Position numbers and translations under genes: made by a program. Shown here one piece after another: positions 63,136-64,000 of a stretch of 64,000 nucleotides of DNA (position 1 is its first letter; each line of letters starts with the position of its first letter). The notes below the pieces were generated by a model, which worked only from the letters and a program-made list of their open reading frames with translations, was not told the DNA's origin and did not search any database. The stretch is taken from the NCBI RefSeq assembly GCF_006345805.1, contig NC_043008.1:63240001-63304000 (forward strand), read 5' to 3'. The DNA is from Octopus sinensis. Its lineage: Eukaryota.

Positions 63136-63662
63136 TGTATGTATGTATGCATGTATGTATATATATCCACACATACACACGTCTGTATACATACATGTAT
63201 ATGTATGTACATATGTATGTCTGCACACACATGCATGGATACACATACATATATATAAATCTGTTGTGTGTGTGTATGCTTGTATATGTGTGGATATATA
63301 TTTCGGTGTGGAGATGTATATATTTGTGTGTATGTGAGAGTGTAGCCATGCAAATAAATGCAATAGAAAGTAAGTGGTTTATATAAAACAGAATTGATAG
63401 AAAAACAGGATATGTATATATATATATATATAAAGTGTGGTATATATAAACCACAATGGCAACATATAAACCAAATTTTTGAAGAAACATTGAATGTATG
63501 AACAGATTATGTAATGTAAAATAAATATTAGGGTGGAGCCTTTTAGTGCCTTGTGCTTCAAACTGTGATTTGTGGAAGATCAGAACATCATAGGCAAAAG
63601 GAAGAAGCTGTATATAAAGGAGAAATACAAGGCAGACATGATTGACTCCAGAGTTTTTTTTT

Positions 63663-64000
63663 ATTACTTGTTTCAGTCATTTGACTGTGGCCATGCTGGA
63701 GCACTGCCTTTAATCAAGAAAATCGACCTCAGGATCTATTCTTTGTAAGCCTAGTACTTATTATATCGGTCTCATTTTGCCGAACTGCTAAGTTACGGGG
63801 ACATAAACATCGGTTGTCAAGCAATGTTGGGAAGGGGGAAAAAACAAACACACACACATATACGACGGGCTTCTTTCAGTTTCCGTCTACCAAAACCACT
63901 CACAAGGCTTTGGTCGGCCCGAGGCTATAGCAGAAGACACTTGCCCAAGGTGCCACACAGTGGGAGTGAACCCAGAACCATGTGGTTCGTAAGCAAGCTA
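63663..64000 (-). mobile_element. SINE family B, cut by the window end
   Basis: Colinear with the other copies. Confidence 0.85.

Overview
AT-rich animal genomic DNA, very rich in microsatellites ((TA)n, (CA)n, (CAT)n, (TAA)n) and interspersed repeats. The SINE and LINE-tail families look like those of octopod cephalopods; this is recall-based inference, not a search result. There is no complete gene, CRISPR array or true tRNA/rRNA gene, and almost all long ORFs in the track are translations of simple repeats. Supported mobile DNA: several tRNA-headed SINE families, two RTE-clade LINE relics plus many copies of their 3' tail, R4/Dong-clade LINE pieces, two mariner relics, a Tc1-type MITE and a Gypsy gag-protease relic. 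One Dong-like 3' end is duplicated exactly (540-bp period) inside (TAA)n. Isolated candidate exons of unidentified host genes occur on both strands (best: + 19615-19795 and - 62526-62615), and a perfect RFX X-box with paired CCAAT boxes lies near 43.17 kb. The strongest lead is a set of short (TA)n-associated, Penelope/retrozyme-like elements carrying hammerhead-ribozyme motifs. One has a fully canonical type I core (- 46802-46859). One sits in a 281-bp palindrome and has a G3-C8 swapped core with a palindromic (dimer-type) stem III. One is degenerate (- 58199-58233). All folding and alignment was done by eye.
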